A stretch of 64,000 nt of DNA from Nitrosopumilaceae archaeon (GCA_965207375.1 CBDBMG010000003.1:384001-448000), one strand, 5' to 3'; positions 10,463 to 26,042 are shown, numbered from the stretch's first letter. Notes: a model not told the origin generated them from the sequence alone. Numbers and translations: made by a program.

Positions 10463-13400
10463 TATGTAATAAACCACAGCAGGAATTTATTATGAGAAAT
10501 ACTTTTGTGAATTTTTGCTCTCAATCTCAGAAGAAATATTTGCGACGTTTTGAATATTGTATCCATACAAGATATGTACCTAGACTGGCTAGACATTCCA
10601 GATAGCAAAATTTGCAAAATTAAAAGACCCACAATATATACATGTGTCTGAGTGAAAACCACCCTTAGCTTACATCCAATTTTGCCAATTTAAATCATTT
10701 TGAATGTTACACAAAGCTCAATTTTCACTGAAAAGTGATGTTTATTCTACTAACCTCAGTTGTAAATACGTACAAACTCTGTATTTTTTTCCCAGCAGAA
10801 GTTATAATAGTTAGCTATAAGGTTAGCATGAGTATCTTAATGTATTTAAAATACTCTAAGATACGTAGCTATTTGGGGTTCATAAGATACGTACTAGCTA
10901 GCTAGCTAGCTATAGATACTGGATTTTCATAAATATGATTGGCTTTTTGTCAATTGACATTTGGCCACCAGTTTGTATTACCCAAGTGACAAGACAATCA
11001 CACTGTTGTGAAAATACCCTATAAACTATTATACATATACTTTTTTGATAAACAATTACAAATGTTGGCCTTATTTACATAATATCATAGTCATTGGTCA
11101 AATAATCGTGCTTTTGCACCTTTTTACAGCCAGGCTGTTTTAATTTAATTATGACCCAAGAAAATGGGTTTGGTTTGCTATAGCAAACACAAGGGAAAAG
11201 CCCAAAGGTTAACTCTGTGTTCACTTACCCCTCCTCTAAGTTATTTGCCTTTTAATTATAATTTTTAGTTGCATACTTACTATGGTTTCCTATTAGGAAT
11301 ACTCTATTGCTTGCTTGCAACTAACATCTCTTTATATGTACGTAGCTACTTACAAAAAATTAGTGATAGTTATATATGTATATGCTAATTGAAGACATGT
11401 AGAAAAGCAAAGAGGAAATAAGTTAATGTGTCTACACAGCAAGGTTCTATGAGTTCCCAAACCCTATACGTATGTCCTCTAGTCCAGTGTTTTATTTAGC
11501 ATTTAGCTACCCAAATACGTAAATATGCATGCAAACCTTGGTAGATAACATGCTTATACTAATTATAGGGAATTTCATTTGTATAGTGACTGTATGCATG
11601 TATAGTTACAAGGTGTTATTTATACATGAATAAGTTTTGTTTTGCTTGAAGCTTTAGTGACTATATTACTCAATTGATAGTTATAAACTAAATTAAACTT
11701 AATTAAAGTGTTCATTCAGTATACAGATTGCTTGTAGGACTTTGGCATCATTTTTCTATTTATTAGATGTTAGTGAATAGACAAAACATTACTGTTAAGT
11801 GGTAAAGAAGTCTTACATACGTAACTACGTATATAGTTGAAGAGATAGCCAAGTTGTTATGAATTAATATGTAGATTCTTGGAAAAATGTTATTCTTGAG
11901 AATTCTTACTGTATACACCGACAGTTGTAGTTGTTGTTTGGTACATGTATAGCATTAACTGCGCATGCATAATATGTTTAGTTACGTATGTATACATATA
12001 CTGTATTTGAATATATAATTATTGTGCTATACCATGTAGCCAGTACTAAAGTCCGACTACATGGAGCAAGGGTTTTGAATTTAATGAAGGAGTAGGGATA
12101 AACAAAGACACATCTTCTATAGCTCATGTAAGAAAGATACCGTAATACAATTTTAATTGACAGTTTAGAACTGGCTTATTATATACGTAGCTATAACCAT
12201 TGATATGATAAAACTATATTATAATACGTAGATATTTTTTATTAAGATAAAATTCTCTACTTTGTCATGGTGTACCAATATACTTTTAATTAGTGTACCT
12301 TTTGTCCTGTAGCTACACATGTATGTACCCTTAGGTATCAGTCACTATGCATACAGGAAAGCTACAATGATCAATTTATGTATCAATACTAAGCCCAGTT
12401 TTCTCATGCCGGGTCACATATGTAAAATATTCTAGTATGGAGGGTTTTCACAAAGCCAGTCACAATTACTACATATGTAAATATACTATCAATAATTATT
12501 CTTTTATCCATATAGCCATACGTATGTATATATCACACATGATAATTACATATATACACATAATTAAGAATGACATACAACCATATATCATATATGGGAA
12601 TCAGTGGGCTTAAGTTACATTTTCATGTAACAGCCAAATCTTATACCAAATAGCTACTGCAACCATATTATATTACGTATGTATGTGCATATACACAATT
12701 TTGAAATCTCATATGTCACAATTTCTTGAAATGCTATGTACGTATGTACATAGCTACATATGTAAATACTTCATAATAATTATATCAATGTAGTTTAATA
12801 AGTATAGCTACTTAAATTTTATGCAAAAAGTGTTTGCAATCTGAGTTATATATAGCAACTGTTAATCTTCTGTGTAAAAGTGGTTTTATCCTAAAAACTG
12901 TTTGACCTGTAGAGTATAATTGTGACCAAGTCTGCAAAACAGGTCTTATCTGCACAAAAACACCTATTCATTTTATCATGTCTATCTCTTTTTCTGTGTG
13001 GGTTATACAATATCTGTAAGTTTTATTGAATTCCTTAGGAAATTTTGTGTATAGAATTTTTGACTTACCCTGATTTTGCTTTGATTTGCTTATTACAAAT
13101 TTGAGTAATTATTTTAGATGGTGCTTATTGATTTGTTTGTGGGTTAAATAATAATTTCAATGGGAAGCTGTAGCACAGATTGGAAGTTGTATGTAGCTAC
13201 CACATGTAGCTACAAGCCACTGGAAAGTTTTAGCACACTTTGTAAGTTGTAGCAAACTGACCTAATGAATGCTACAAGCTACCTATATGTACGTATATAG
13301 CATACATAACTGGAAGATTTGATCTGAGGAGAGAAAGTTTTTGTATTGGGTTAAAATTTTAAGGCCAAACTTTGTTTACGTACGTACCTTTCTTTTACTC

Positions 13401-13674
13401 AGGATGACTGACTTTTACTAATACATACGTAAATACTGCAGAAATATCAGTCACTAAGCCTGGATAAAACACACAATGTGATGGTTCTACATCTTATACA
13501 CGTGATGATTCTGTATCAATGAGTGATTAATGTGGTTATTATAAAGTTGTTGATACACCCCTGACATAGCTTAGCTAGGTAGATTGATGTTAAAAACATG
13601 TTATTACAGCAAAGTATGTAGCTATGTATACTATTACAGACTAAAATCTAAAGTGTTAATTGTTAACCTTATAT

Positions 13675-13925
13675 GTGATCCGGTCTGACAAAACCATTCT
13701 TATTGCCATAAAAATTTTGAGTTAATTTTGAGTCTTTCAAATTTAATAACTCTTTTTCTGAACACAATATTTTAGCACAAACTTCACCATGTACGTAGCT
13801 AAAATCCTAAGCAATTCAATAAAACTTACAGAATTTGAATAGCACCTACAGAACAACAGATAGATACCATTATATGCATGGGTGTATTTTCGGGCAATAA
13901 GACTGGTTTTGTCAGACCGGGTCAC
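13675..13925. mobile_element. Sola1-like MITE (GTGAC..GTCAC termini, AWWT TSD)
   Basis: TIRs gtgatccggtctgacaaaacca / tggttttgtcagaccgggtcac; TSD atat. Confidence 0.75.
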
Positions 13926-16900
13926 ATATATATAACTATATACACATATTATGATATCAATGGTTATACGTATGTAAGTCTCTAAATAAATATTTTCACT
14001 TATGTAGCTACGTATATACAAATCTACTATATCCTATTATTCATCTACTACGTATGTAGCTAGCTATAATACAAAAATTATAACTAAATTATTGCATTTC
14101 AATAGGAATGTATGAGCAATGGGAAGTTGCATGTGCTACAGTGGGCCATTGGGTCACACTTTGGAAGTTGCATATACAAAGCAATACATCAAGCCAAAAT
14201 AAGGATTAACTCCTTGATCCCAGAGTTTATCCTGCGAAGCCAGAATTAATTTTCAAACGATTGTGCATTGTATAGCATATTTTAAACCATCTGCTAGGCC
14301 TTCTGTCAAAGCAAATATTAAGGTAAAACTATATATTATGGAACGAAAGCTGATTCCATGACCAACTCGAAAATCTAAACAAATAGCTATATTCTATGAT
14401 AAAGAACTCACTTGTGATGCGGTGAAATGCAGAGCAGCTTCCTTTACCCTCTAAATTCATTGAACTATAATTTGGCTTCAAAGGGTTTAAAAGACAGTCT
14501 CCAATACAGTTACTGCTCGTGCATGTTATTTATGTATCATACCTATTATGTTATGTAACATTGTAATACTTTGAATTCAAACATAATGCCACAATATTTG
14601 TAATGGTTATGTGTAAGTTACTCAACTATAGGCTTAAGTACATTATGCTTTTAAAATTCCCAATTATTCTTGTTTTATTTTTCACCCATTATTCCCAAAA
14701 TTGTATCAGCCTTTTAGCTAGCTATGTACCTTAAATCTATTGGATTTACTTAACCACATAGCTATGTATATCTTACTTATTAAGGCCACAGCATTACATT
14801 TCTTATCTTAAAAATGTGACAAAAGGTCCCCTTCAGCATAAGATGTTGTCATGGACATGAGAAATCATTGATTGTGGGTTTAAGTTAGGTTGCATCTTTA
14901 AATATTTATGCAGCAGCGTTGTTTTTTCACTTATTATCAGATATAGGTATTTACAGGCATTATCACTTCTATTTTGTTGAGCTCATCGATAAAATTTCAC
15001 AACCATGCACTTTCAAAATGTCAATGATATACGTATGTATGTCTGTGGGCAAAGTGTACTTTGTACAAAAAGTTACCTATTAGCTATGCCAGGATTATGC
15101 TCAATGCTATTGCCATCCTACGTATAGTACGTATTATGCTCAAAATTATGCTGGCATGATTGCTCAATTGTAGATATACACGATCATTTCACTTTTTATG
15201 GTAAGAAATTATGGCATTAAATGTTCATTATAAAATTATATGCAGAAAATAAGTTGTTAAGTGTATTTCTTATAGCAAAACAAAAGTGAAACTGTCTACA
15301 CTATAATTATTAGCTATTTAATTTTATTAGCTTTATGCCTATTAAATGTACATATGTAGCTAAGTCAGTTAATTAAATGTTAGGTACTCATGATAGCTAG
15401 CATTAATTAACCAATCATACATAGCAATTTCCTCAACAACAGTAAGGTTTTCATTACTACACCTATGTACGTAGGAAACTAATCATATTGGAACAGTTCA
15501 TAATCAAGAAATGAGACCACTTGTTAGAATTCTCATATTATAGTCATGTATACATGTATGTATATCTATAATCATAGAAGAATTCTTAGAACAGATATAT
15601 TACTCAGAATAATCTGTACAGTTCATCACAATACTATAGTGACCTGTGAGAAGGCTAATGAATCTGTAGCTAGCTATGTACGTAGCTACAGTAGACATAA
15701 AGCTTGAAAATATTTTTGTTATACGTACCAACCATGCACTGTAGCTAACACTATTGTTAATGTTAAATATCATCATTATCATCATTATCACTTTATTGAT
15801 CAACAATAATGGTCGCAGTGCATATGGCAACCATTATACTGATCAATAAGTGCAGTGTTATCTTATGGGGAACTAAGCTACTAATTGAAAGAATAAAGAA
15901 TTGAAATTATTTTTGGATTACAATTTTGTGATTGATTAATATTATACTTGTATTACACTGTAAATGTCCTAATGTATAATTTCAAAATATGCTCATAAAT
16001 TCGAAAATCCTATAATTCTACATAATAATTTTCATAACATCATGACATATGTATAATTATTAGGTTCAGGCCTATAGCTTGATCGGTATTCACTTTTTAT
16101 GGCAATACCTATTTGTTAAGAAAATTTGATATTAGTATTCTTTTGTATATTATATAAAAGTAGCTACATATGTATAGGCATAGCTACGTACATATGTATA
16201 TGCAAAAATATTGAGTCAGTTGAGGTTGTTAAGTGTGTTTCTTATTTATAATAATTATTTATATTATCTCTATGTCAGTTGAGGAATACTATCCTATCGT
16301 TCATATACTTTACCACAAAAGTTAGCACCTGGTATGGATTGCAGCAATTAATCAGTGGGAAGTTGTAGCACAGATTGTAAGTTATATGTACCACAGGCCA
16401 CTAGCACACCTTGGAAGTTACGTATAGCACACATAATGAGTGCTACATAAGCTAACTTACTAGCTATATGTAGCATAGCTAACTACGTATGTAGCATAAC
16501 TGGAACATTTGATCTGAGGAGTGCATTGCATTATATTAAGCCTTGTCTATTTTTCTTTTACTCATGATGACTTCATAAATGCATGTTACTAATAGATACG
16601 TACTGCAGAAATGTCAGTTACTAAACTTACAATGTAATGGTTCTACATCTTATTCATGTGATATGATGATTCTGTATCAATGAGTGATTAATGTGATCAT
16701 TATAAAGATGTTGATACACCCCTGTAGCTTATACATAGATTGATGTAAAAACATGTTATTACAGCAAAGTATGTAGCTAGCTACGTATATGTATGCTATT
16801 GCAGACTAAAATCTAAAGTGTTATTCCTGTTTATCTACGTACATTGCTAGGTATATTATGAAATCATAATTCATAATCAATCATGTATAGTTGTGTACGT

Positions 16901-18951
16901 ACATACCTCAATAGTTTCAGTTTCCATCATAGTAACTGTTGGTTTAGCAGTGGTGGTTACTCACTAATCTCATACAGTAATCAATAGACAATACAGAGGA
17001 AGTCTTCAAAGTAAATTGTCTGATCTTGGGACTAGCTATGTAATAGGTTTCTAGGATACCAGCCTTTCCAAGAAATCCATGTATGTGTAATAAATGTAAA
17101 ACTTGTTCAAAGGTACATACACATTGTAGTTGGCTTAAGCCAATTAAGCCAGATTTTGAGCATAGCAGGACACCAAAAACATCAAGTATAATTGCAGCAA
17201 ATATTTTTAATAATTTGACAAAATAGAAATCTAAATGTAGTTGTATCCGGCTGAGAGCAAAAAGCTCAACATGAATATATATATCGCTTTAGCTATACAT
17301 AAATAAACTATCACAGTGCACAATTATAGTACGTAATTGCTGAGTATATTTTTGAGCGTAATAGGCTTCATTTTGGTGCTGTGCTCAAAAGCATAATATA
17401 GGAGCATAACTGGCTCAAGCCTATATTACAGTCAGCTTGTCAGTGTAATAATCATATTAGCCCTTGTGCATACATACAAAAGATAACTTTGTACTATATA
17501 CATATGTACAGGTAGCATAACTGGAACACTTAATCTGAGCATGAGGAGAAAGTTATATAAAACTCACAATAAATGATGGTTCTGTATCAATGAATACTTG
17601 TGCTTAATGTAGTTATTATAAAAATGTTAAAAGTTTAGCAATCTTGATAAGCATGTTAATTGTAGCAAACTACATTGCAATTACAGACTAAAATCTATGG
17701 ACGACAGTAACAGAATAAAATGTTAATTGTTAATATGATATCATAATTCATAGCTACCCGGTCATGGATAGTTATGTATTTCATGTTAACAGTTGAATTT
17801 AGTTAATACCATAATCAAGACTCACGATAGTGAGTTGCGAGGCCAAGAAGAAGCAGGCCTAATCTCTTAGACTAATACATGCATGCATTAGCTATCAAAC
17901 AAATTGCTCCTACTCATATGCACTTTAAATACATATGTCTATATGCATTAGCTACCTATATACGTACAAAGACAAACAAAAAATCCAGCATAGTATAAAT
18001 TATAGCTACTATTGCTATACGGTATTTGAGTTTTCAGCTGTAGTTAATCTTTACTAAATCTATTTGTTTAGATGCACAAGGGCTAATATTATTTCACAAG
18101 CTGACTACAATACAGGTTTGAGCCAATTGTGCTCCTATTATGCTTTTGAGCACAGCACCAAAATCAAGCTCAAAAATATTCTCAGTAATTATAATTTTAT
18201 AATTGTGCACTGTGATAGTTAATGTGGAATTTAATAGGTAAAGGTACATATATAAAGGGATATTCATGTTGAGCATTTTGCTCTCAGATACAACTATGTA
18301 TACGCACATTTAGATTTCTATTTTATCAACTTTTGTATAACTTTTATCAGTACCTATTATCATCATAATAACCATCCCACTAGTAACCTGTGAAAAGGCT
18401 TACAAATCTGTTGACAGAGAATCAGAAACATTTGCTGGTATTTTCTATCCTTGATGGTGGCTTAATTGACTTAAGCCTACTACAATATGTACCTTCAAAT
18501 AAGTTTTGCATTTATTATACATAATTATGTATATGGATTTCCTGGAAAGGCTGGTATACTTAGAAACCTTTTACAATAGCTAGTCGCAAGATCAGACAAT
18601 TTACTTTGAAGACTTCCTTTGTGCTGATTACTGTATGAGGTTAGTGAGCTGTTGATTATAAAATTTGACAGTTAATAATTATGATAGAAACTTAACTGAA
18701 ACTATTGAGGTACGTACACAACCATGCATGACTTATTATGATATCATAGCTAATATAGCTACCTAGCAACATAGTAATAAATAGGTTAACAATTAATAAC
18801 ACTTTAGATTTTAATCTTAATAGTACACATACGTATAGCTAACTACATACTTTGTTGTAAAAACATGTTTTAAACATCAATCTATCGCCTATACCTAAGC
18901 TACATACAAGGAGAATAAACATCTTTCATTGATCACTTAATATTGATATAT

Positions 18952-19199
18952 GTGATCAGATTTTGGAAAAAAGTTCTAAATCATACATGAAATCCGGTGT
19001 ATTTGTGCATATATTTAATGATATTTCTATTATGTACAAAATATTTCTTAACTACTTTAGTAATAAATTTTGAGCATTGAATTCCATAATAGTATTATGA
19101 AATATCTTTGAATATGTAATATGTGTGGCAGTGATAAATGTAACTAAAATTAATAGCTAAATATGTGTGATTTGGAACTGTTTTCCAAAATCCGGTCAC
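18952..19199. mobile_element. Sola1-like MITE
   Basis: TIRs gtgatcagattttggaaaa / ttttccaaaatccggtcac; TSD degenerate (atat/ataa). Confidence 0.65.
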
Positions 19200-20818
19200 A
19201 TAATTTATTATACAGAATCATCACATGTATAAGATGTAGAACCAGCACATTGTAAGTTAATGCCAAGGTTAGTGACTCATTTATGCAGTATCTATTTGTA
19301 ACATTCATTTATTGAGTTATCATGAGTAAAAGAAAGGTATAGAAGCTTAGCTTTAATAAATTTACTGTGCCAATGCAAAAATTTTCCTCAGATCAAATTG
19401 ATGTTCCAGTCATGCTACACAGCTAGTTATCTTATAATAGCACTCATTAGGTGTGCTACAACTTGCCATAATATAATATTGAAGTGTGCTAGTGGGCATG
19501 TGGTACATGAAACCTGCAATCTTTGCTACAACTTCTTTATGTTATATAATATTAATTAATACAGTCCAGGTGCTAACTTTTATGGTAAAGTATTGAATGA
19601 TAGTATAGTATTCTTCAACTGCTCTAAATATAATACTAATTATTAAATAAAAACACGCTTAACAACCTCAAACAACTTTGCATATTATAACTATTACGTA
19701 TTTTTATAAAAAGAGCATGTGATGTATTGGATTCGAACAAACCCTTGAAGATTCCAACCTTTGAATGTTAATATAACATTTGAAATCACTACATAATGGA
19801 GTACATTGATAATTTGTACAGTCCTTGGACTCCTTAACTTGTCCCTTACATGAGCAGCTTATGTATGTACATGTGTGCCTTATGGCTTTAGTATTAGAAG
19901 AAAGTTTGCAGGTAACTACGTACGTAGCTATTTAATACCAAATTTTCTATGCTACATTTATATGCTGTTATATGATTTTCTACGTAAGCTTTACATGCTA
20001 CATTTGACATAACTGTTTGGTTATTTTAAGTTAATCAATTCACAATAATACTCTAGCTAAGTATAGACTTTAAGAGTAAGAATTCTCAACATTAAGTATT
20101 CTTATATGGCATCTGATCATGAAGTCTGTAGGATTAGGTAGGATTTCTTTACCAAAACTAACTTAATGATAATTCTATTCAGTTAAATAGCCTATATCCT
20201 GAAAGTGAAAGTTTGAAATCTACACTGATAATTTAATAAGATTTGATGTCTTAATGAAGTCACTCATCAACTGTGAATAATTAGGTGTATTAACAAATCT
20301 CATTCATGTATAAATAACAATCTTTGCAACTACACCCTTCCATTTTACAGTCAAATGATGTATAAGATACATATGTAACTAAATTACCTACGTAGCTTAG
20401 TGCAAGGAAAGCATGTGACCAATATTGCTTTATATATAAAGTAAAGCAATTTTTACTCGAAAATGTTAGTTTCTAGATCACAAAATTTTCAATTTAGCTA
20501 CTGTGTGTTTAAATTTAGCAAATTTTGTGATTTGGAATACATTAAAACTAGCTTACATTTTTTGAGTAAAATAGCTTGCTTTGATTTATATATGAAGCAA
20601 TCTTGGTTACATGATTTGCTTGCACCAAGGAGCGGTTCGTGGTATTGAAATCAGCACGGCAGAGGTTATACGTACATACTTACAGCTGGGATTAATGTTT
20701 ATGTTAGGAGTGTGTCACGATAGAGTAAATTGCCACTGTACATGTTTAGCTAAGCCATGGAGATACTGTAGATCGTTGATCATATTTTCTTCTTTTATTA
20801 AATCTAGTTAGCATACGT

Positions 20819-21322
20819 ATGTGGAGAATGATATTGACGAAATCTGGTATGTATATGCAGATATTATCAAAGCGTCCTATAGTGATATGATAAAATGATC
20901 AATATAGCTACTGTTTATATGTGGAGAATGATATTGACGAAATCTGGTATGTATATGCAGATATTATCAAAGCGTCCTATAGTGATATGATAAAATGATC
21001 AATATAGCTAGCTACTGTTTATATGTGGAGAATGATATTGACAAAATCTGGTATGTATATGCAGATATTATCAAAGCGTCCTATAGTGATATGATAAAAT
21101 GATCAATATAGCTACTGTTTATATGTGGAGAATGATATTGACGAAATCTGGTATGTATATGCAGATATTATCAAAGCGTCCTATAGTGATATGATAAAAT
21201 GATCAATATAGCTAGCTACTGTTTATATGTGGAGAATGATATTGACAAAATCTGGTATGTATATGCAGATATTATCAAAGTGTCCTATAGTGATATGATA
21301 AAATGATCAATATAGCTACTGT
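20819..21322 (+). repeat. Tandem repeat, 5 copies alternating 99 and 103 bp
   Basis: Unit atgtggagaatgatattgac(g/a)aaatctggtatg...aatatagct(agct)actgtttat with no spacers. Confidence 0.95.
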
Positions 21323-22785
21323 TTTCACTGATTATTCTCATGAACAGTCACTTTGAAAATGTCAATGACAATTATATTACGTATGCAAAGTGTATATAGT
21401 CACATAGTTTGTACCAAAAGTTTACCAATTATCATCATAATAACTATCCCACTAGAGATCTGTGAGAAGGCCTATAAGCCTATTGACAGGGAGTCAAAAA
21501 TACGTATTAGCCTAAGCTAAATATGCTACACTGAATGAAGAAAAATCCCAGAGCAGTGTAGAAGTGAGCCCCAGATCTAGATGTTACACAATCTTAGTGA
21601 GAGCCACAGAAGCCACACAGCTGGGATCCGGAATGCGCTCTGTATTTAATTGCAATGTACATAGCTATACTTAACAGGACTGATTTCTCACTGATAAATA
21701 ATAACTATATCCCACTAGGCCCCTGTGAGAAGGCTTATAAGACTGTACATGTTGACAAGGTCAGAAATATTTGCTGGCATTGTATTATCCTTGATGTTTT
21801 CGCTGTCCTATATTATGCTTGGCTTTAATTAGCTTATAAGTCTACTACAATTATGTACATACTACCTTTGAGCAAAGTTAGCATTTATTATACATATATG
21901 GATTTCTTGGAAAGGCTGGTATACTTAGAAACCTTTTACAATAGCTAGTCGCAAGATCAGACAATTTACTTTGAAGACTTCCTTTGTGCTGATTACTGTA
22001 TGAGGTTAGTGAGTTGTTGATTAAAATTTGACAGTTAATAATTATGATAGAAACTTAACTGAAACTATTGAGGTATGTACACAACCATGCATGACTTATT
22101 ATGATATCATAGCTAATATAGCTACCTAGCAACATAGTAATAAATAGGTTAACAATTAATAACACTTTAGATTTTAATCTTACATAATTTGCTTAGTTTG
22201 CTGTAATAACATCAGTCTATGTACATAGCTAAGCTACAGTGGTATATAAACATCTTTATAATAACCACATTAATCACTCATTATTGATACAGAATCATCA
22301 CATGTATAAGATTATAGAACTTAGTGACATATTTCTGCAGTATCTACGTACCAGTAAAATTCATTTATGAAGACATCATGAGTAAAAGAAAGCTTTGCTT
22401 TAAAAAATTTAACTCAATACAAAAACTTTCTCTCCTCAGATCATTATATTTGCTACATACGTATACGTAGCTACATAGTTAGTGTATGTAGCACTCATTG
22501 GGTGTGCTACAACTTCCAATTATTGGAGTGTGCTAGTGCATAGTAACTTGTGGTACTGATGTACATAAAACTTCCAATCTGTGCTACATCTTTCCATTGA
22601 AATTATGTTATTATTTTAATCCACAATATTTATTGTTGCAGTCTAGGTGCTAAGCTAACTTTTGTGGTAAGGTATATGAATGATAAGATAGTGTTCCTCA
22701 ACTGTGCTAGAAATAATAATTATTATAAATAAGAAACACACTTAAGTTAACTTAACAACCTCAACTGACTCAATATATATAATTT

Positions 22786-23027
22786 GTGACCAAGTCTACG
22801 AAAACAGGTCTTATCTGCACAAATACACCTATTCCTTTTATCATATCTATCTCTTTTTATGTTTGGGTTATACAATATGTGAATTCCTTAGGAAATTTTG
22901 TGTATATGATGAAATTTTTGATGAAGTACAGTAACTATGTTAGGAAAAAGAGTTATTAAATTTGAAAGGCTCAAAATTAAGTCAAATTTTATGTGCAGAC
23001 AAGACTGGTTTTCACAGACTCAGTCAC
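22786..23027. mobile_element. Sola1-like MITE
   Basis: TIRs gtgaccaagtctacgaaaacaggtcttatctgcac / gtgcagacaagactggttttcacagactcagtcac; TSD attt. A truncated relative lies near 12922-13050. Confidence 0.75.
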
Positions 23028-23404
23028 ATTTGCATGTACATACGTATGTACGTAGCTACTTTCATAAAGATCAGCTATATATTTAACTAATAGCTAACAA
23101 ATAGCTACGTTACCCTACGTATTACCATAAAGAGTGACTACTGATCAAGTAGCTATAGGCCTGAACCTAGTAATTATATATACAATGTCATGTCATGATG
23201 TTATGAAAATTATACGTATGTAGAATTATAGGATCTTTGAATTCATGAGCATATCTGAATCATACAGTAGAACATTTTACAAGTGCAATCATCATCATAT
23301 ATATAAAGCTGAAAAGCCGTCCGTCCGCATTCCTTTGACGTCCAACGATTTCCTCGCCAACCGCTGCACGCATCGAAGCGATTTCACCTCATTTTCCTTT
23401 CTCA

Positions 23405-23709
23405 TTTGATGACCTATTTACTTTAATTAAACACCAACTCAAGAACTAGGGGGCATAATTTGAAATTATATAAGAAGAGATCCAGATTAAACATTAGTAA
23501 ATATTTTTTCTCCAATCGTGTTGTTAGCTGCTGGAACAGCCTACCAGATTATGTGATTTCTGCAGACTCAATTAATTCCTTTAAAAATCGACTCGACAAT
23601 TTTTGGAATGTCACAGGATATGGATACCAGCAAAGGCCTTTGGTCTAAACAGTTTTTTTACTGTTATTACTGTATCCATTGCAAATAATAATAATAATAA
23701 TAATAATAA
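23405..23709 (+). mobile_element. 3' fragment of CR1/L2-type non-LTR retrotransposon
   Basis: Encodes RTRGHNLKLYKKRSRLNISKYFFSNRVVSCWNSLP..SFKNRLD, the conserved post-RT C-terminus, followed by an (AAT)n tail. Confidence 0.85.
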
Positions 23710-24138
23710 TTTCGGTGATAAAAGAAGCGCTCATTATCTGGCTTCACGAAGATTGCTGCAAGAAGTTTCTAATCGCTGTCGTTTGCCGTCTACGACGCGT
23801 TGAATGCAACGGTGTTGAGGAAAATTCGCTGAAAAGTTTGCCTGCATTCCTGTCTAAACCACAGCCACACAGCCCTGACGTTAGCGCGTCGAGCTCTCAA
23901 CCCTGAGGTCCAGGGTTCGATTCCTCCCATGACAACCTTTATTTCTTCTCACTGGCACATTTTTGCTAATCAATAAATTAAGTTGTTACAACATGGTACA
24001 GCCTACTTCCAGGCGTTAAATAACAACGAAACCCTACAGTGCTAATATAGGCTAAGTGTTACTAATCAATTTACAAGGTGTTATAAGTAAACTTGGTACT
24101 CATGGCAACTACCTACATATATAGCCATAGGCATCATG
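23681..24138 (+). repeat. About 458-bp direct repeat, second copy at 26321-26778
   Basis: The two copies appear identical at an exact offset of 2640 bp. Confidence 0.95.
23871..23932 (+). other. tRNA-derived (SINE-head-like) sequence; duplicate at 26511-26572
   Basis: gttagcgcgtcgagctctcaaccctgaggtccagggttcgattcc contains a Pol III B-box/T-arm (GGTTCGATTCC), but no full cloverleaf can be drawn. Confidence 0.4.
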
Positions 24139-26042
24139 CTAAAATTCATGCTAGCCTGCGGACTACATAACCATACGTATATAAAACCAAGGGATGTATA
24201 ATTAAAGATACCTACTTCATCAATTATCACACATTGCAACTGTTGGTATAACTAGCTACTTTACAATTACAAATGTACAATATTTTTGATACATGGTTTT
24301 CCTCAGTTTGCAAATATTCAGGGTAAGGATAGTACCCTTTTAAAAATGAGTAATATAATAAGTCAGTTACCAGTAAAGGATGTAACCGCCTACTTATATG
24401 AAAATCTTAGGATAGTAACCTATATGAATCTTAACATACACACATAACTAGGTATAATTTATAATAATCACATAAATATATTATCTATGCATGTAGTATA
24501 ATTTACCTGAGGACAGGAACTGAAAGCTGTGCAACACGTATCTTCACTTACGAAAACTCTCTAATAAAGTAGTCATCGTTACCTCTAGCTGAATATTCTC
24601 CTGAGATCAAATCTTACTATCCCACTGGCCAACAAGCTATTCAAGGTTATATATTTACTCGGAAGGCTGGAATATTTACTGGGAACGAGCTGTTGCTGTA
24701 TCTCTTTCTTCTCAACGTATGCGTGTTACGCGTGTAACACGGAATTCCGTTTATTAATTATACTTGGAGACGAATCAATACGCCTAGTTAGGCTGTGTTT
24801 ACAGGTAAAAATTTTCGTTTTATAATAAAAGGCTTTGTTTTGTAACCATATGTTGAAGTAGGCAAGCTTTAGCATCTGTTTTTGAGTCGGCTGTTTCGTG
24901 CTCTTTTATAACAGCACGCACACCAATAAAATGGTTCCATACTATTTAAACAAACCCACCGATGCGTTTGAAACACACATCAATCCACTCAGTAGAGCAA
25001 AGCGAATCTTTTAAGCCACATTTCAAGGCCACAGGACACACGAGTTCTTCGTAACGTGTGTTTTTCTTAGTTCTTATCTCGTACACGCAATCCCTTTCAC
25101 AAGCCAGTGAAGACGGGGTCACAATTCCTGTAATGTCGGTTTGTTTAGCTTAATACCTACATCAATCGATTCGCTGTAGCATAACAAATCCTTTAAACAT
25201 TATTAGAATTTCATACAAGTAACAGGGAGATCATTATATGGCCATTTGTAATTGTATTTTAATATGGCGTCAAAGAAATTTTGCATGTCAGTAGAAGGCA
25301 GGCCATAACTTCAGAATGCTAGCTTCTATAGATTTTAAACAAAGACCAATCTATTCCATATAGAACAGCGATTCTTTTAAGCTATATTACGTGGCTGTGA
25401 GTTAAATACTTTGCCAGTTACATGGCCTTGTAAAACTGCAACGGACGTTTCTTCTTGACAGTTGTAAATATTTCCATGAAGCTTTCCCAGTTTTCTTCGT
25501 GAATGCCATCTAGAGGAGACCACAGCTACACGAGTTTTGGCTTATTCAGCTTCAAGTCTACATAAATCGATTCGCTGTAGCATAATGAATCCTTTAAACT
25601 TTAATTGAGCTTCATAGAGGAAACACAGAGGTTTTTATAGGGCCATTTGTAATTGTATGTCATCACGGCAATAACAGCCATTTAACTTGTTTTTGCATGT
25701 CAGTAGAAATTACCACATAACTTCTAGATGCCAGCTCCTACAGAATTGAAATAAACACCATTGCATTCTATATAAAACAGCGATTCTTTTAAGCTATATT
25801 ATAAGGCTTTAACTTAAATACTTAGCTAATTGCAGGCTCTTAAAAATGATTTCATTTTTGAAATGAAGAGAAAATGGCGAAATTTTGAAGAAGTTTGGAT
25901 ATCTCAGCAACGAAAAGGTCTTTTAAAAATTCCCTTGTTTTAATTTCCCTTTGTATCAAATGTTTTCACTTGGTAGTGTTATTATAGACCTAGCCCTTCC
26001 CAGTTTGCCACACATTAATTAATTAATTAATTAATTATGAGA

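Noticed and set aside
14206-14490. piggyBac-like MITE with TTAA ends
   Set aside because: The terminal match is too short and degenerate to support in AT-rich DNA.
20819-21322. Possible CRISPR array
   Set aside because: The units are contiguous with no unique spacers, there are no cas genes, and the context is eukaryotic.
23871-23932. Functional tRNA gene
   Set aside because: Only the B-box/T-arm is convincing; the acceptor and anticodon stems do not pair. Kept only as tRNA-derived sequence.
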